From an uncultured Desulfobacteraceae bacterium (GTDB lineage Bacteria > Desulfobacterota > Desulfobacteria > Desulfobacterales > UBA5852), in assembly GCA_942491115.1 (NCBI GenBank), contig CALNZV010000020.1:1149107-1213106 (forward strand): a stretch of DNA of 64,000 nt, given 5' to 3'. Position 1 is the stretch's first letter, and each line of letters begins with the position of its first letter. A program made the translations under genes and the position numbers. Of this stretch, positions 49,001 through 58,701 are shown piece by piece. The notes beneath the pieces are model-generated. The model was not told where the DNA came from, did not search any database, and saw nothing but the letters and a program-made list of their open reading frames with translations.

Positions 49001-51410
49001 TGGGCTGACCGAGGCGGATGTAGCCAAGCCCCACTAAAGTGAGGGGGCCCAGGGCGGCTTCGATGGTTTTCCGCCCGCGGAACAGATCCAGGGCCTCCTT
49101 GACAGTGAGATTCAAGATGTCATCGACGCTTCTCTCCCGGTAGCGGATGGCCAGCACTTCCGGCTTGAACCGCCGCCCCCGGCAGTCGGGACAGCTGATA
49201 TACACATCGGATAGAAACTGCATCTCCACTTTTTCAAAGCCGTCTCCCTTGCAGGTCTCGCATCGCCCCCCGGCAATGTTGAACGAAAAGGTGCCGGGAC
49301 CGAATCCCTTTTCTTTTGCGTCCGGAGTCTCGGCCAGGAGCTGACGGATTGGGGTCATGGCGCCGGTATAGGTCAGAACATTGGCCCTGGGAGTCCGGCC
49401 TATCCCCCGCTGGTCCACCAGGGCCACCTCCGAGAGACGGGAGGTCCCCAGCAGACGGCTGTGAGAACCGGGTCGGCCCACGTCCGCACCCAGAGACCGC
49501 TTTGCCGCCTTGAAGAGGATATCTTCGGCCAGCGTGGACTTACCGGAGCCGGAGACCCCAGTGAGACAGACGAAAAGCCCCAGAGGGATGCTCACGTCGA
49601 TAGACTTCAGGTTGTTGGCGGCGGCGCCTTCTACCGACAGCCACTGGTTCGATCTCGGCTGCCGGCGAGTCGTCGGCACTTCAATCCGGCGCTTCCCGGT
49701 CAGGTAGCGGCCGGTGGGCGATCCATCGACCTGGCCGGTGGGTCCGAAATACATCACCCGACCGCCCTTCTCGCCCGCACCGGGCCCCATGTCCAAAAGG
49801 AAATCGCTTTCCTTTATGATTTCAGGATCATGCTCAACCACTACGACAGTGTTTCGCTGATCCCGGAGCCGCTTCAATATTCGAATCAGGCGTCGGTTGT
49901 CCCTTGGATGAAGACCGATACTGGGTTCGTCCAGCACATAGAGAGTGTTCACCAAGGAGGAACCCAGCGCCGATGCGAGGGCCACCCGTTGAACCTCCCC
50001 TCCGGATAGGGTTCTGGATTGTCGGTCGATGGTCAAGTACCCCAGTCCGACGTCCTGAAGGTAGCGGATCCGAGCCTTGATTTCATCGAGAACCATTCGG
50101 TCCGCATCGTCCTGGGGGAGGGCGCCCATCGCGTCGAAATAGGTGCCGGCCCGATCGATATCCATGGCATAGATATCGGCGATCGTGCGCCCGTTGATGC
50201 GGTAGAGAAGGGTTTCCGGCTTGAACCGGGTGCCGCCGCAGTCTTTGCAGACGTCGTAGCTGCGGTACCGGGACAGGAAGACACGCACCGGCATCTTGTA
50301 GGTTTTGCTCTCCAGCCATTTGAAGAAGCCCCGGATGCCATAGTAGTCGTCGGTTCCGTCGATGATCGAGGACTGATGCACCGTGGACAGGGAGTGGAAA
50401 GGGACATCGGTGGGGATCCTCATCCGCCTGCAGAAGTCCATGAGGTCGGTATACTCCACCCTGGGGCTGGCATTTCGGTGTCCCCAAGGTTTGATCGCCC
50501 CGTCTCGCAAGGAAAGGGATGGCTCCGGGATGATGAGTTCCATGTCGATGCCGATGGTGCGGCCGAATCCCCTGCAGGTATCGCAGGCACCGATGGGGCT
50601 GTTGAAGGAGAACATGTTCGGCAGAGGGGCGGAATAGTCCAAATGGCAACGGGGGCACTCCAGCCGACTGCTGAAGGACAGCTCGGCTCCGTCGACCAGG
50701 TAGACCGTCAAGCGGCCTTTTCCAAACCGGTAGGCCATTTCGATGGAATCGATGATCCGCTGGCGCTCATCGTTGCGGAGGACCAGGCGGTCTACCAACA
50801 CCTCAATGGATTCTGGCAGGTGTTCGGGGCTAATCTCCATGAGGTCGACAACGCGTCCGTCGATGTAGCATCTGTCGAATCCCAGGCGAACTAGGTGGCG
50901 CAAGGGGTGTTCGCCGCCGTCCGTATCCGGCAGCTGCGACGGATAGGAGAAGGTGATGATGGCACGGGTACCATCCGGCTGAGCGCTCAGGCGACGCCAA
51001 ATGCGAGCCGGGGTTTCCACCGTGACCGGAACACCGCAGGAACTGCAGTGCAGGAGCCCCAGGCGAGGGAAGAGAAGCTTGACGTAGTCGGTGATCTCGG
51101 TCATGGTTCCCACCGTGGACCGGGAGGTGCGAACCGGATCTTTCTGATCGATGGCGATCGCCGGGGGAATCCCTCTGATTTCCCTTACCCGCGGTCGATC
51201 CATTCGGTCCATGAACTGGCGGGCATAGGGAGAGAAGGTCTCAACGTACCGACGCTGGCCTTCCGCATAAAGGGTGTCGATGGCCAGGGAGGATTTCCCC
51301 GAACCGCTGACGCCGCTGATGACCGTCAACCGATTAAGGGGGATATGGAGATCCAAGTCCTTCAGGTTGTTTTGACGAGCGCCTATGATTTCGATGGATG
51401 GGACGTTCAT
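46095..51410 (-). CDS. tandem-duplicated UvrA-like excinuclease ABC subunit A (two UvrA units in one polypeptide)
   Basis: 1771 aa. Four Walker A sites ([10 protein letters not shown]), four LSGGE[AV]QR signatures, four EH(D/N) blocks and multiple CxxC zinc modules. The second unit starts at [12 protein letters not shown] (residue ~947, nt 48572). Confidence 0.9.
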   Translation of the reverse strand: MNVPSIEIIGARQNNLKDLDLHIPLNRLTVISGVSGSGKSSLAIDTLYAEGQRRYVETFSPYARQFMDRMDRPRVREIRGIPPAIAIDQKDPVRTSRSTVGTMTEITDYVKLLFPRLGLLHCSSCGVPVTVETPARIWRRLSAQPDGTRAIITFSYPSQLPDTDGGEHPLRHLVRLGFDRCYIDGRVVDLMEISPEHLPESIEVLVDRLVLRNDERQRIIDSIEMAYRFGKGRLTVYLVDGAELSFSSRLECPRCHLDYSAPLPNMFSFNSPIGACDTCRGFGRTIGIDMELIIPEPSLSLRDGAIKPWGHRNASPRVEYTDLMDFCRRMRIPTDVPFHSLSTVHQSSIIDGTDDYYGIRGFFKWLESKTYKMPVRVFLSRYRSYDVCKDCGGTRFKPETLLYRINGRTIADIYAMDIDRAGTYFDAMGALPQDDADRMVLDEIKARIRYLQDVGLGYLTIDRQSRTLSGGEVQRVALASALGSSLVNTLYVLDEPSIGLHPRDNRRLIRILKRLRDQRNTVVVVEHDPEIIKESDFLLDMGPGAGEKGGRVMYFGPTGQVDGSPTGRYLTGKRRIEVPTTRRQPRSNQWLSVEGAAANNLKSIDVSIPLGLFVCLTGVSGSGKSTLAEDILFKAAKRSLGADVGRPGSHSRLLGTSRLSEVALVDQRGIGRTPRANVLTYTGAMTPIRQLLAETPDAKEKGFGPGTFSFNIAGGRCETCKGDGFEKVEMQFLSDVYISCPDCRGRRFKPEVLAIRYRERSVDDILNLTVKEALDLFRGRKTIEAALGPLTLVGLGYIRLGQPINTFSGGEAQRLKLSRFLSEKKGSPGKTRLLIFDEPTTGLHFDDIATLLKAMQSLVDAGDTVFVIEHNMDVIKAADWVIDLGPEGGNKGGTVVAVGPPEALVTAPESHTGAFLSSYLEPKPFTMATTGEVRETTADFGKAGAVISINGAREHNLKNISLDIPHQRFVALTGVSGSGKSTLAFDIVFAEGQRRYLESLAPYVRQYMKILERPDVDLVTGLAPTVAIEQRVSHSSRRSTVATLTEIYHFLRLLYSKLGVQHCLGCDRPLTARSEDALVEEIRKRFGSKRGHLLAPKVSGRKGFHKDIFSKALKDGFREARIDGDILPIESGMRLSRYHEHTVELVIGRSNSGNIDDTVRLALDQGEGSMIVRHRGMDHLFSRHGVCPTCGIGVTAKDPRLFSFNSSRGACGTCDGLGEVTDGAEEAFRECPGCGGSRLRPEALGVKIDGLSIWDLVQMPPSDLDKTLNRLSFPVDQSPIAMPVVAEITGRLSLINRLGLSYLALSRSGNTLSGGEAQRVRLAAQLGSNLRGVTYVLDEPTIGLHPRDNTVLVEALTDLRDRGNTVIVVEHDEETIRAADVVIDLGPGAGELGGTVVATGSVATLKQTPESVTGAFLEAGRRDITSRKRPINRKKMLTTHNARTHNLKNISVGFPLGCLIALSGVSGSGKSSLLKETLYKNVRNHLLGRSDAAGPCQGVTGWTAIQRMVEVDHSPIGKTPRSVPASYVGFLTDIRRLFSLTPEAKSRGYEPGRFSFNIDGGRCEACKGQGHPKIKMSFLPDVYVPCDACRGSRFNTDTLAVSYRGQTIADVLNMSFAQALRFFSAVPAIRRSVEFVCNIGLGYLKLGQPSPTLSGGEAQRMKLARELAAPGSGHTFFVLDEPTTGLHRSDVELLLTVLQDLVDRDNTVAVIEHNMDVIRAADYIIDVGPEGGGGGGRIVARGTPEQLLEKTRRSHTARYLKRYLEGKIDPD

Positions 51411-51596
51411 CGCTACTCCGGGAGCGGTTCTGCCTCAGGGCTATGGGTGGCGGTTGTCATTGAAACCGGGGCCGGATTGCCGGCTCCGGCTTGACACGAC
51501 AGGGTGAGATTCGTCAAACAGAGGATATGATAAGCACCATAGGCTCGAATGACACCCGGCGGCATGGGGGTGCCGATTTTATTCATCGAGGGTTCC

Positions 51597-52346
51597 ATGA
51601 GCGGTCCATCATCGAAACGACATCAACCGACATCATACCGACAGGCCAACCGCTGCCTTTCCTGCGGGACCTCCGAGAATATGGGCCGGCGACGATATTG
51701 TTCGGTGGATTGCCGTCAGCGGCTCCGCTATAAACTCCAGGTTAGAACAGGGTTGCTCCGGGCCCTCAACACCCGCTACGCCACCTTCCATTTCGATGAC
51801 AGAATGATCGTCCTGGATGTGCTTCCCTACGGTTCAAAGGAACTATTCAGCTTTATGTATCCGAGGGGAAACGGTCGAAATCCTGGTGACGATTTCAGTC
51901 TTATGGCGAACCTGCTCGGTACTTTATGGTGGGATGTCAAACGAAAAACCAGCAAGAGCTATGTGGCGTCACGGCAGCTTCTCCAAAAAGCGACCCATAG
52001 CCGTGTTTCGGAAGCGTCGCTTCCGGTGGAGCGGATCAAGCCGTCGATAAGCAACAGCGCGTTGCTCTACCTGAAGCTGGGACGCCGCGATCTGATCTCC
52101 GAGAATTTAAGCGAAAGGGTGAAAAAGGCCTACCGACGCCAGGCCAAACGGCATCATCCGGATTTGGGTGGCAGCGCCAAGCTGTTCCGGCGGCTGCAGA
52201 TCGCCTATGAGGAGCTTCTCGACTGGTCGGAGAACCCTTCCTTTACCCGAAGAGAAGGCTTCCCGGATAAATGGTTCTACAGTGGGGATCGAAACCGTTG
52301 GGTGCAGCCGATTCCCCCGGCACCCGGTCGCCGGAAAAACCGGTAG
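51597..52346 (+). CDS. J-domain protein with an N-terminal zinc-ribbon-like motif
   Basis: About 250 aa from the ATG at 51597. CLSCG...YCSVDCRQRLR near the N-terminus. C-terminal J domain VKKAYRRQAKRHHPDLGGSAKLFRRLQIAYEELLDW with an HPD tripeptide. Confidence 0.7.
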   Translation: MSGPSSKRHQPTSYRQANRCLSCGTSENMGRRRYCSVDCRQRLRYKLQVRTGLLRALNTRYATFHFDDRMIVLDVLPYGSKELFSFMYPRGNGRNPGDDFSLMANLLGTLWWDVKRKTSKSYVASRQLLQKATHSRVSEASLPVERIKPSISNSALLYLKLGRRDLISENLSERVKKAYRRQAKRHHPDLGGSAKLFRRLQIAYEELLDWSENPSFTRREGFPDKWFYSGDRNRWVQPIPPAPGRRKNR

Positions 52347-52362
52347 GAAGGGCCCTTCCCTC

Positions 52363-52869
52363 ATGCTGGCGATTCCGCCCTGGTCGTCCCCCCGCGAGTG
52401 GTGGGAGCTCAACGGCTGTATTCGTCATTGGATTGAAAGGCGAGCCGTCGATTTGGAAGATGCGACCCACTTGGCGGTCGCCATTCATCTCGGAATCGAG
52501 GATCTCGATCCCCTCATGGAGGATCTTTGCGGGATGGCCTGCCCTCAATGCCAGGCCTCTTGCTGTCAGGTTGCCCGGGTGTGGTTCGATTTTAGGGATC
52601 TGATCACTTTTCATCTGGCAGGCCTCCCGATCCCAGAGGGTCAGATTCACCGACGTCCGGACGCGCCATGCCCTAACCTTTCACCGGAGGGGTGCCGGCT
52701 GCCCAGGCCCTGTCGACCCTATATTTGTACCTGGTATCTTTGCCCGTCGATGAAAGGGGCTTTAAACGCAGTCGACTCAGACAGCCCTCCCCGAGTCGAT
52801 CGTCTGCTGACCGATCTCGGTGGGATGAGAAGGGCCCTCGAGACGTCCTTTTTCGAGGCCCTCTTTTAG
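52363..52869 (+). CDS. YkgJ-type cysteine-cluster protein (CxxCxxCC family)
   Basis: About 168 aa from the ATG at 52363, 17 nt after the J-protein stop. CGMACPQCQASCC, then CPNLSPEGCRLPRPCRPYICTWYLC. Confidence 0.6.
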   Translation: MLAIPPWSSPREWWELNGCIRHWIERRAVDLEDATHLAVAIHLGIEDLDPLMEDLCGMACPQCQASCCQVARVWFDFRDLITFHLAGLPIPEGQIHRRPDAPCPNLSPEGCRLPRPCRPYICTWYLCPSMKGALNAVDSDSPPRVDRLLTDLGGMRRALETSFFEALF

Positions 52870-53009
52870 GTCGCCTGCATTGTGCTCCAGCATAACGGCG
52901 GCGATCAGTGAACGGGGCCTATTTGCTGGGCACTCTGACGGTCCCGGAATCGGAGACGGCCGGGTTGAAGGCCATGCCCGGGGGGGCCTTGGGTGAGGTG
53001 CATGTCTTT

Positions 53010-54065
53010 CTATGGAATGATATGGACGACTTCGGACGCGGGGACCAGACGAACCCGCTGGCGAAGTCTGGGAATTTCCGTCTTGAAAATGGAAATGGTC
53101 AGGGCGTGGGGGTGGGCGATACCGACGGCTTCTCCTTGTTTTTCAGCCGTTGCAGCCAGTTCTTTGAATTGTTTGCGGATAAAGTCGGCCTCCTGGAGAT
53201 GGTCGAGAAAGACATCCCTTTCGGCAAAGGGCAGCTGAAAAAGCCGGGCCGACGGCATGGCGACGGTTTCGGTGGTTGATCGGCTGTCGACGAAGTACAG
53301 GCCTCGTTTTTTCAATACCGTAAACACCTGATATATTTTAGAGGAATCCGCTGTGAGGCGTGAGCCCATGTGGTTGTTTACGCCTTTGATTCCCGGCAGA
53401 CGATCAAGATGTCGATTGAGTCGGGCGATGAGCTCGTCCGGGGGCATATGGCTGAGCAGTGCCCCAGGGCCGGGATCCACATTGGGATACTCATTGGGCT
53501 CCATGGGCAGATGGAGCATGATTTCATATCCCTTTTTTTTCAGTTGGCGGGTAATCGGGGCCAGAAAAGGGCTTTCTGGAAGCACCGAAAACGTTAACGG
53601 CACATCGAGATCCATAAAGGCTTCGGCAAGGCCCTGATCGTAGCCGATATCGTCTATGATAATGGCTACTTTTGGACGGGTGACAGGGGGCGATGGCGTG
53701 GCGGAAGGACGGGCTTTCGTGGTCCGGGACGGCGTCGGTGCGGCTTTCTTCCGAATGGGGGGCTTGGAAGGAATCTTTTTCGGGTACACTTCATAAACCA
53801 CAGGGGGCTTTTTGGCTACGGCAGCAGGCTTGGGGACGGCCGTCTCGGGACGATCGGGTTTTTTGAGTAGGAAGTGAGCGATGAGTCCCGTTGCGGCGAC
53901 CACCACCAGCAGAATGCACAGCGCCCCTGCCATTTTGACAAGGGTCAGCCCCAATGGCGCCGCCTTCACTTTTCGACGGCGAGGGCGTGTGACCTTTTTC
54001 TGCCGCTGTTTAGCGGCAGGCGGTGTTTTGGGCTTTTTGCCGGGGCTTTTCCTGGTGTTGGCCAT
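53010..54065 (-). CDS. divergent polysaccharide deacetylase family protein (YibQ-like)
   Basis: 351 aa. Lys/Pro-rich N-terminus plus a TM segment. VAIIIDDIGYD...LTFSVLP...MLHLPMEP...GVNNHMGS blocks typical of YibQ/DUF610. Confidence 0.8.
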   Translation of the reverse strand: MANTRKSPGKKPKTPPAAKQRQKKVTRPRRRKVKAAPLGLTLVKMAGALCILLVVVAATGLIAHFLLKKPDRPETAVPKPAAVAKKPPVVYEVYPKKIPSKPPIRKKAAPTPSRTTKARPSATPSPPVTRPKVAIIIDDIGYDQGLAEAFMDLDVPLTFSVLPESPFLAPITRQLKKKGYEIMLHLPMEPNEYPNVDPGPGALLSHMPPDELIARLNRHLDRLPGIKGVNNHMGSRLTADSSKIYQVFTVLKKRGLYFVDSRSTTETVAMPSARLFQLPFAERDVFLDHLQEADFIRKQFKELAATAEKQGEAVGIAHPHALTISIFKTEIPRLRQRVRLVPASEVVHIIP

Positions 54066-54162
54066 GGATACGAATCGCAGCAGGGCGCCGCTTTCTCATG
54101 GGGCGGAGAAAACGGCGCCGATGGGTCATTGAAATGACAGGCGGCGGTCGACGAGGATCCGA

Positions 54163-55482
54163 TCAGTTTCCCAATGCCTGGAAGATTTGGAAGGAAATCA
54201 GCACATCGAGGGCTCTCGCCACCTGGTTGTCGCGAAGAAGCCCTTCGACCTCAAGGGGGCTCACCCTGAATTCCATATCTTGAATACCCGTTTTCTTTTC
54301 TTCCTTGGGCACTTCGATATGGTTTTTCAAATCCCTTTCCTTCAAAAAGGCAGCGCTTTCCTCTTCGGTGGCGTCGTCAAGCTGTTGATAGATGACCTCG
54401 ATGTCGGGAACGATTCCTTCGGCTTGGATCGATCGGCCGGAGGGTGTGTAATAAAGGGCTACCGTCAGTTTGAGACCGGAGCCGTCCCTGAGGGTCTCGA
54501 CCGTTTGAACCGACCCTTTCCCAAAAGAGGTGGTGCCCAGAAGAATGGCACGCTTCTGATCCCTCAATGCCCCTGCAACAATTTCCGATGCGCTGGCACT
54601 GCCGCCGTTGATGAGGACCACCATTGGATACCCCCGTTTGACATCGGAAGGGGTGGCTCTGAAGACACGCGTGTTGTCCTTATCTCGACCCTTGATGGAG
54701 AGAATCACTCCGTCATCGATGAAAATATCGGAAATTTTGATGGACTGGTCCAGAAGACCGCCGCCGTTGTTCCTTAGGTCCAGAATCAGGCCTTTTAGCG
54801 GATTGTTTTCAGCTTCGATTTTTTCAAGAGCTTCCAGAAAATCCTCAGTCGTGTTTCCGGTGAAGTTGGTGATCCAAATATAGCCGTAGCCGGGTTTAAG
54901 GGTCCGGGCTTTAATGCTCTTCACAGGAATGACGTCCCGAATCAGGTCGAAATCGATCGGGTCTTGGGCACCCTTGCGCAGGACTGTCACCGAGACTTCC
55001 GTGCCTTTGGGGCCTCGCATCATTTTCACTGCCTGCCGGAGATCTTCGACGTCCTGGCCGTCAACTTTGATGATGCGGTCCATGGCTTGGATGCCGGCTT
55101 CGGCCGCCGGCGTTCCCTCGATGGGAGAAATCACCGTCACCATGCCGTCTCGCAACGTTATGTGAATACCAATACCGGTAAAATTGCCCTGGGTGTCGAT
55201 TCTGAGGTCTTCGTAGGCGTCAGGAGGCAGAAGTGCCGAGTGGGGGTCAAGGCTCTGAACCATTCCTTGAATGGCTTTTTCGATCAATTCCTTGGTATCG
55301 ACCTCGTCCACATATTTTTCCTGGATGATTTCGAGAACATCGGAAAAAACCTTCAGTCCTTTGTAAGTTTCTTCGGTGCTGGCATCCAGGCGGGATAGAA
55401 ATCCGGTCCCGACGGCCCAGATGACGACAGCACCCGCCATGATCATCCACAGCTTGGTGAAGCGCTTGGGGGGGTTCGCCAT
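54163..55482 (-). CDS. ctpA: carboxyl-terminal processing protease (S41 family)
   Basis: 439 aa. PDZ region, catalytic Ser block NGGSASASEIVAGAL and Lys block TSFGKGSVQ. Confidence 0.9.
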   Translation of the reverse strand: MANPPKRFTKLWMIMAGAVVIWAVGTGFLSRLDASTEETYKGLKVFSDVLEIIQEKYVDEVDTKELIEKAIQGMVQSLDPHSALLPPDAYEDLRIDTQGNFTGIGIHITLRDGMVTVISPIEGTPAAEAGIQAMDRIIKVDGQDVEDLRQAVKMMRGPKGTEVSVTVLRKGAQDPIDFDLIRDVIPVKSIKARTLKPGYGYIWITNFTGNTTEDFLEALEKIEAENNPLKGLILDLRNNGGGLLDQSIKISDIFIDDGVILSIKGRDKDNTRVFRATPSDVKRGYPMVVLINGGSASASEIVAGALRDQKRAILLGTTSFGKGSVQTVETLRDGSGLKLTVALYYTPSGRSIQAEGIVPDIEVIYQQLDDATEEESAAFLKERDLKNHIEVPKEEKKTGIQDMEFRVSPLEVEGLLRDNQVARALDVLISFQIFQALGN

Positions 55483-55492
55483 GTTAGTTCCT

Positions 55493-56893
55493 TTATCCTT
55501 TTTTCAACCAGAGCATCGGGTTTTCAGGTTTTCCATGATGTCTGACCTCGAAATAGAGTCCGGGGCCAGTCAGAGAAGCGGAATCCCCGACGGTTGCGAT
55601 GACTTCACCGCGATCCACACGGTCGCCTTTGATTTTGAAGGCGTCTTCGATATGGGCGTACAGGGTATAATAGCTGCCGCCATGGTCGACAATGATCATA
55701 TTGCCGTATCCTTTGAACCAGTCGGCAAACAATATCGTTCCCGGGGCCACGGCTCGTATCGGTTCTCCGCGGTCCGTTCGAATGTCGATTCCGCTTCTGA
55801 AGTTGGTGACATTATAGCGGGCATTGCGGTATGGCCCGTAGAAGTTGATCACTTTACCCCTAACCGGCATTTCAAGCAAGCCTTTCAGGGAAACAAACGC
55901 ACTGCCTACAGCCTTCTGCTCGTCGGCTTTTTGTTGCAGGTCTTCCAACATCCTGTTGAGCGCCTCGGCCGATTGTTTCAAATCGGCAACCGCGGCCAGT
56001 TCAAGGGATTTATCTGCCCGAATCATCGACAGAAGCCGGCTGCGCTCCTCGCGCTCACCATCGAGGGTTGTCAGATGCTCATTCAGTGAGGCCTCCAATG
56101 CTGACTTTTCGGTTTTTCGCTGGGCCAGTTCTGCAGCCACGGTTTCTGCCTGGAGCAGCTGGCGGACCAGTGCCTGGCGGTTTTCCTCGTCGTTTTCCAA
56201 TATGACGCCGATCGCATGCTGCCGCGCCAGCATCTGCTGGATGGAATCCGCCGAGGCCATGACGGGAAACGGCCCCAATCGCGACAGTTTGTAGAGGGCG
56301 GTCATGCGCTTTCCAGCCCGCTCTCGGTTGACATGGATTTGCCGTTTTAATGCGGCCAAGGTGGACGACTGCTCGTCGATAGATCGGTCGAGAGTCTCCA
56401 TGTCCCGATTAAGCCGATGAATGGCCATTCGATGGCCGTGGATCTTTCGATGAAGGATCTCGAGCCGTTGGGTGATCTGGGTTTCTTCTTGGCTGAATCG
56501 TTCGACGGCGGCTTTTCGTTCACTGATTTCGGCTTCTAGCTCGGCGGCTTTCTTGTTGAGGTCTTCAACGGAGGCATCAGGAGGGGGGCCGTCATCGATC
56601 CGGGGCGGCTCGGCAGAAAGGGCAACATAGTCGGGCTTGTTGAAGATGAAGCCGATTCCACCGTTGTGGGTGATCGCAAGCCACCGGCCCTGGGCGCCGG
56701 TCACCGCCACCGTCTCTCCCCGGCGAAGGACTCCCAAAACGCGGCCGCCAGGGTTGGGGGCTGACCGGACATGAATGCGCTCGGCGCGGATGGTCGCCTG
56801 TTGGCTACCGGCGGAGGCGATGGACCCGATGAAAACCACCAACACGGCGGTGGCGATCACGGTTTGAACTGCTGTTTTAGGGACAGATGACAT
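55493..56893 (-). CDS. murein hydrolase activator EnvC-like (SH3b + coiled coil + degenerate LytM/M23 domain)
   Basis: Signal peptide, then an SH3b-like segment (VRSAPNPGGRVLGVLRRGETVAV), about 250 aa of coiled coil, and a C-terminal M23 fold. The usual HxxxD and HxH metal ligands are replaced (RSGIDI, LYFEVR), as in EnvC. Confidence 0.8.
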   Translation of the reverse strand: MSSVPKTAVQTVIATAVLVVFIGSIASAGSQQATIRAERIHVRSAPNPGGRVLGVLRRGETVAVTGAQGRWLAITHNGGIGFIFNKPDYVALSAEPPRIDDGPPPDASVEDLNKKAAELEAEISERKAAVERFSQEETQITQRLEILHRKIHGHRMAIHRLNRDMETLDRSIDEQSSTLAALKRQIHVNRERAGKRMTALYKLSRLGPFPVMASADSIQQMLARQHAIGVILENDEENRQALVRQLLQAETVAAELAQRKTEKSALEASLNEHLTTLDGEREERSRLLSMIRADKSLELAAVADLKQSAEALNRMLEDLQQKADEQKAVGSAFVSLKGLLEMPVRGKVINFYGPYRNARYNVTNFRSGIDIRTDRGEPIRAVAPGTILFADWFKGYGNMIIVDHGGSYYTLYAHIEDAFKIKGDRVDRGEVIATVGDSASLTGPGLYFEVRHHGKPENPMLWLKKG

Positions 56894-57729
56894 CCCAAGC
56901 CTCCCAAGAGCATACTCGCGACAAAAATCAACCCGATGATATTCATCGGCAAAAAGCGGAGATTCAGCCATTCGCTGGTTTCAACCGTCGATACCAGCAA
57001 AGAGAACAGTGAATAGGCCGCGCCGATGCCGACCACTCCACCCAAAAGCCCCTGCAGGGTGGACTGAATGTAGAAGGGGGTAAGAATAAAGGCGTTCGTT
57101 GCCCCCACCAGGCGCATGATTTCCACCTCTTCGCGGCGACCATAATAGATTAGTCTTACCGTGTTCCCGACGATGAACATCGAGGCCAGTACCAGCAGAC
57201 CGACCATGGCATAGGCTGACAGCGTGAAAAGAGTAAAGATGTGAACGAACCGCCTGATCCAATGCTGGCCGAATTCAACGTCGGCGATCCCTTCGATGGA
57301 TTCCATCCGGCGGGCCAGAGCCTCTATTCGTTCCCAGGCGTGGGTGTCGGCCGTGATTTGAACTTCGAATGCGTCCGGAAGGGGGTTTTCTTCCAGGTGC
57401 TCAAAGATGGATGACTGGCGGCTCATGTCGCCTTTGAGTTTTTCCAGAGCGTCCTCCTTGGAGAGGAATGTCACGGCATCGACGCCGGCGATGCCCCGGA
57501 TCTCCTTCTCCATAGCGACATGGGCCTCTTTGCTGGATGTCCCGTCAAGGTAGGCCGTGATGCGAATCCCCTGCTTCCAGGTATCCAGAAGGTGACCGAT
57601 ATTGAGAATGAAGATACCGATAGACCCGGCGATCAGAATGGTCAATGCAACCGTGACCACCGTTACCAGATTCAAAAGCCGATGGCGCAGCATGTCCCGG
57701 ATCGCCCTTTTGACGTGCAGCAGGATCAT
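56857..57729 (-). CDS. ftsX: cell division ABC transporter permease FtsX
   Basis: ATG at 57729 forms an ATGA overlap with the ftsE stop. 4 TM segments with a large first periplasmic loop. Confidence 0.85.
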   Translation of the reverse strand: MILLHVKRAIRDMLRHRLLNLVTVVTVALTILIAGSIGIFILNIGHLLDTWKQGIRITAYLDGTSSKEAHVAMEKEIRGIAGVDAVTFLSKEDALEKLKGDMSRQSSIFEHLEENPLPDAFEVQITADTHAWERIEALARRMESIEGIADVEFGQHWIRRFVHIFTLFTLSAYAMVGLLVLASMFIVGNTVRLIYYGRREEVEIMRLVGATNAFILTPFYIQSTLQGLLGGVVGIGAAYSLFSLLVSTVETSEWLNLRFLPMNIIGLIFVASMLLGGLGCHLSLKQQFKP

Positions 57730-58442
57730 TGTCCCCTTGCTCTCAGCGGTTGCTGACCCTCTCCATGGAGATAGGATGTCGATTGGACTCGCCCGTGTTG
57801 AAGCCAAATCACCCTTCCCGGGGCGCTCAGAATCAGCTCTCGATCATGGGTGGCCACGATGACGGTGGCGCCATGGGTGTGGAAGGCCTTGAGAAGTGTT
57901 AGGATCATGGCGGCCGATTCCGGATCGAGGCTGCCCGTTGGTTCATCGGCAAGGATAATCTTGGGATTTCCCACCACGGCCCGGGCAACGGCCACTCTCT
58001 GTTGTTCGCCTCCCGACAGGGTCCGGGGCATGGCATTGGAGCGCTGTTCCATTTCAACGGTGCGCAGCACGCTGTTGACCTTTTTTCGAATGAAACGGCG
58101 ATTGCACCCTGCGGCTTCCAGTACGATGGCGATGTTGTCGAAGACGGTCATGGATTCGATAAGCTTGTAATCCTGGAAGACAATTCCGAATTTGCGCCGC
58201 AGCTGTGGAATGCGCCGGTGGGAAATGCGTGATAAATTCATGCCGTCGACGAGAATTTGACCCTCGGAAATCGGTTCTCCCATGTACAGCAGCTTGAGCA
58301 AGGTGGTTTTCCCGGCGCCACTGGGTCCGGTAATATACAGGAATTCGTTCCGGTGGATGTCCATGGTGACATCCTTCAATGCGGTGCTGTTCTGATACCG
58401 TCGATAGACATGGAACATTCGAATGATCGGGCTCTGGGTCAT
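57726..58442 (-). CDS. ftsE: cell division ATP-binding protein FtsE
   Basis: Walker A GPSGAGKTT, signature LSGGEQQR, Walker B IILADEPTGSLD. 238 aa. Confidence 0.9.
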   Translation of the reverse strand: MTQSPIIRMFHVYRRYQNSTALKDVTMDIHRNEFLYITGPSGAGKTTLLKLLYMGEPISEGQILVDGMNLSRISHRRIPQLRRKFGIVFQDYKLIESMTVFDNIAIVLEAAGCNRRFIRKKVNSVLRTVEMEQRSNAMPRTLSGGEQQRVAVARAVVGNPKIILADEPTGSLDPESAAMILTLLKAFHTHGATVIVATHDRELILSAPGRVIWLQHGRVQSTSYLHGEGQQPLRARGQ

Positions 58443-58617
58443 CGGCTATTTCTTTGGGTAGACAGGTGACGCCTATGCAGTGGATGCCGAGGGTGGCAGC
58501 AGTCCCATACCTTCACCGGATCTTATCGGAGAAAGGCCTGGAGGGTCGGCATTCGTCGAAGGGATTGACACGGCGTTCGCCGTCGCCGCCGGCAGCCCCA
58601 GTCGCCGGGGATTCGGA

Positions 58618-58646
58618 TTGACCCCTCAAGACAAGGCTGATACATA
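58618..58646 (+). promoter_or_regulatory. candidate sigma70-type promoter with extended -10
   Basis: TTGACC (58618-58623), 17-nt spacer ending in TGa, TACATA (58641-58646). The expected start site falls at or next to the ATG at 58651. Confidence 0.4.
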
Positions 58647-58650
58647 ACCC

Positions 58651-58701
58651 ATGAGTTCAGGGAGTGCCGCCTCCGGTTTTCCTTGCTCAAGCCTCCACTA
58701 A
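58651..58701 (+). CDS. 16-codon mini-ORF (possible leader peptide), speculative
   Basis: ATG AGT TCA GGG AGT GCC GCC TCC GGT TTT CCT TGC TCA AGC CTC CAC TAA (MSSGSAASGFPCSSLH). No SD, so it would have to be leaderless. The stop codon lies inside the 5' arm of the downstream terminator. Confidence 0.2.
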   Translation: MSSGSAASGFPCSSLH

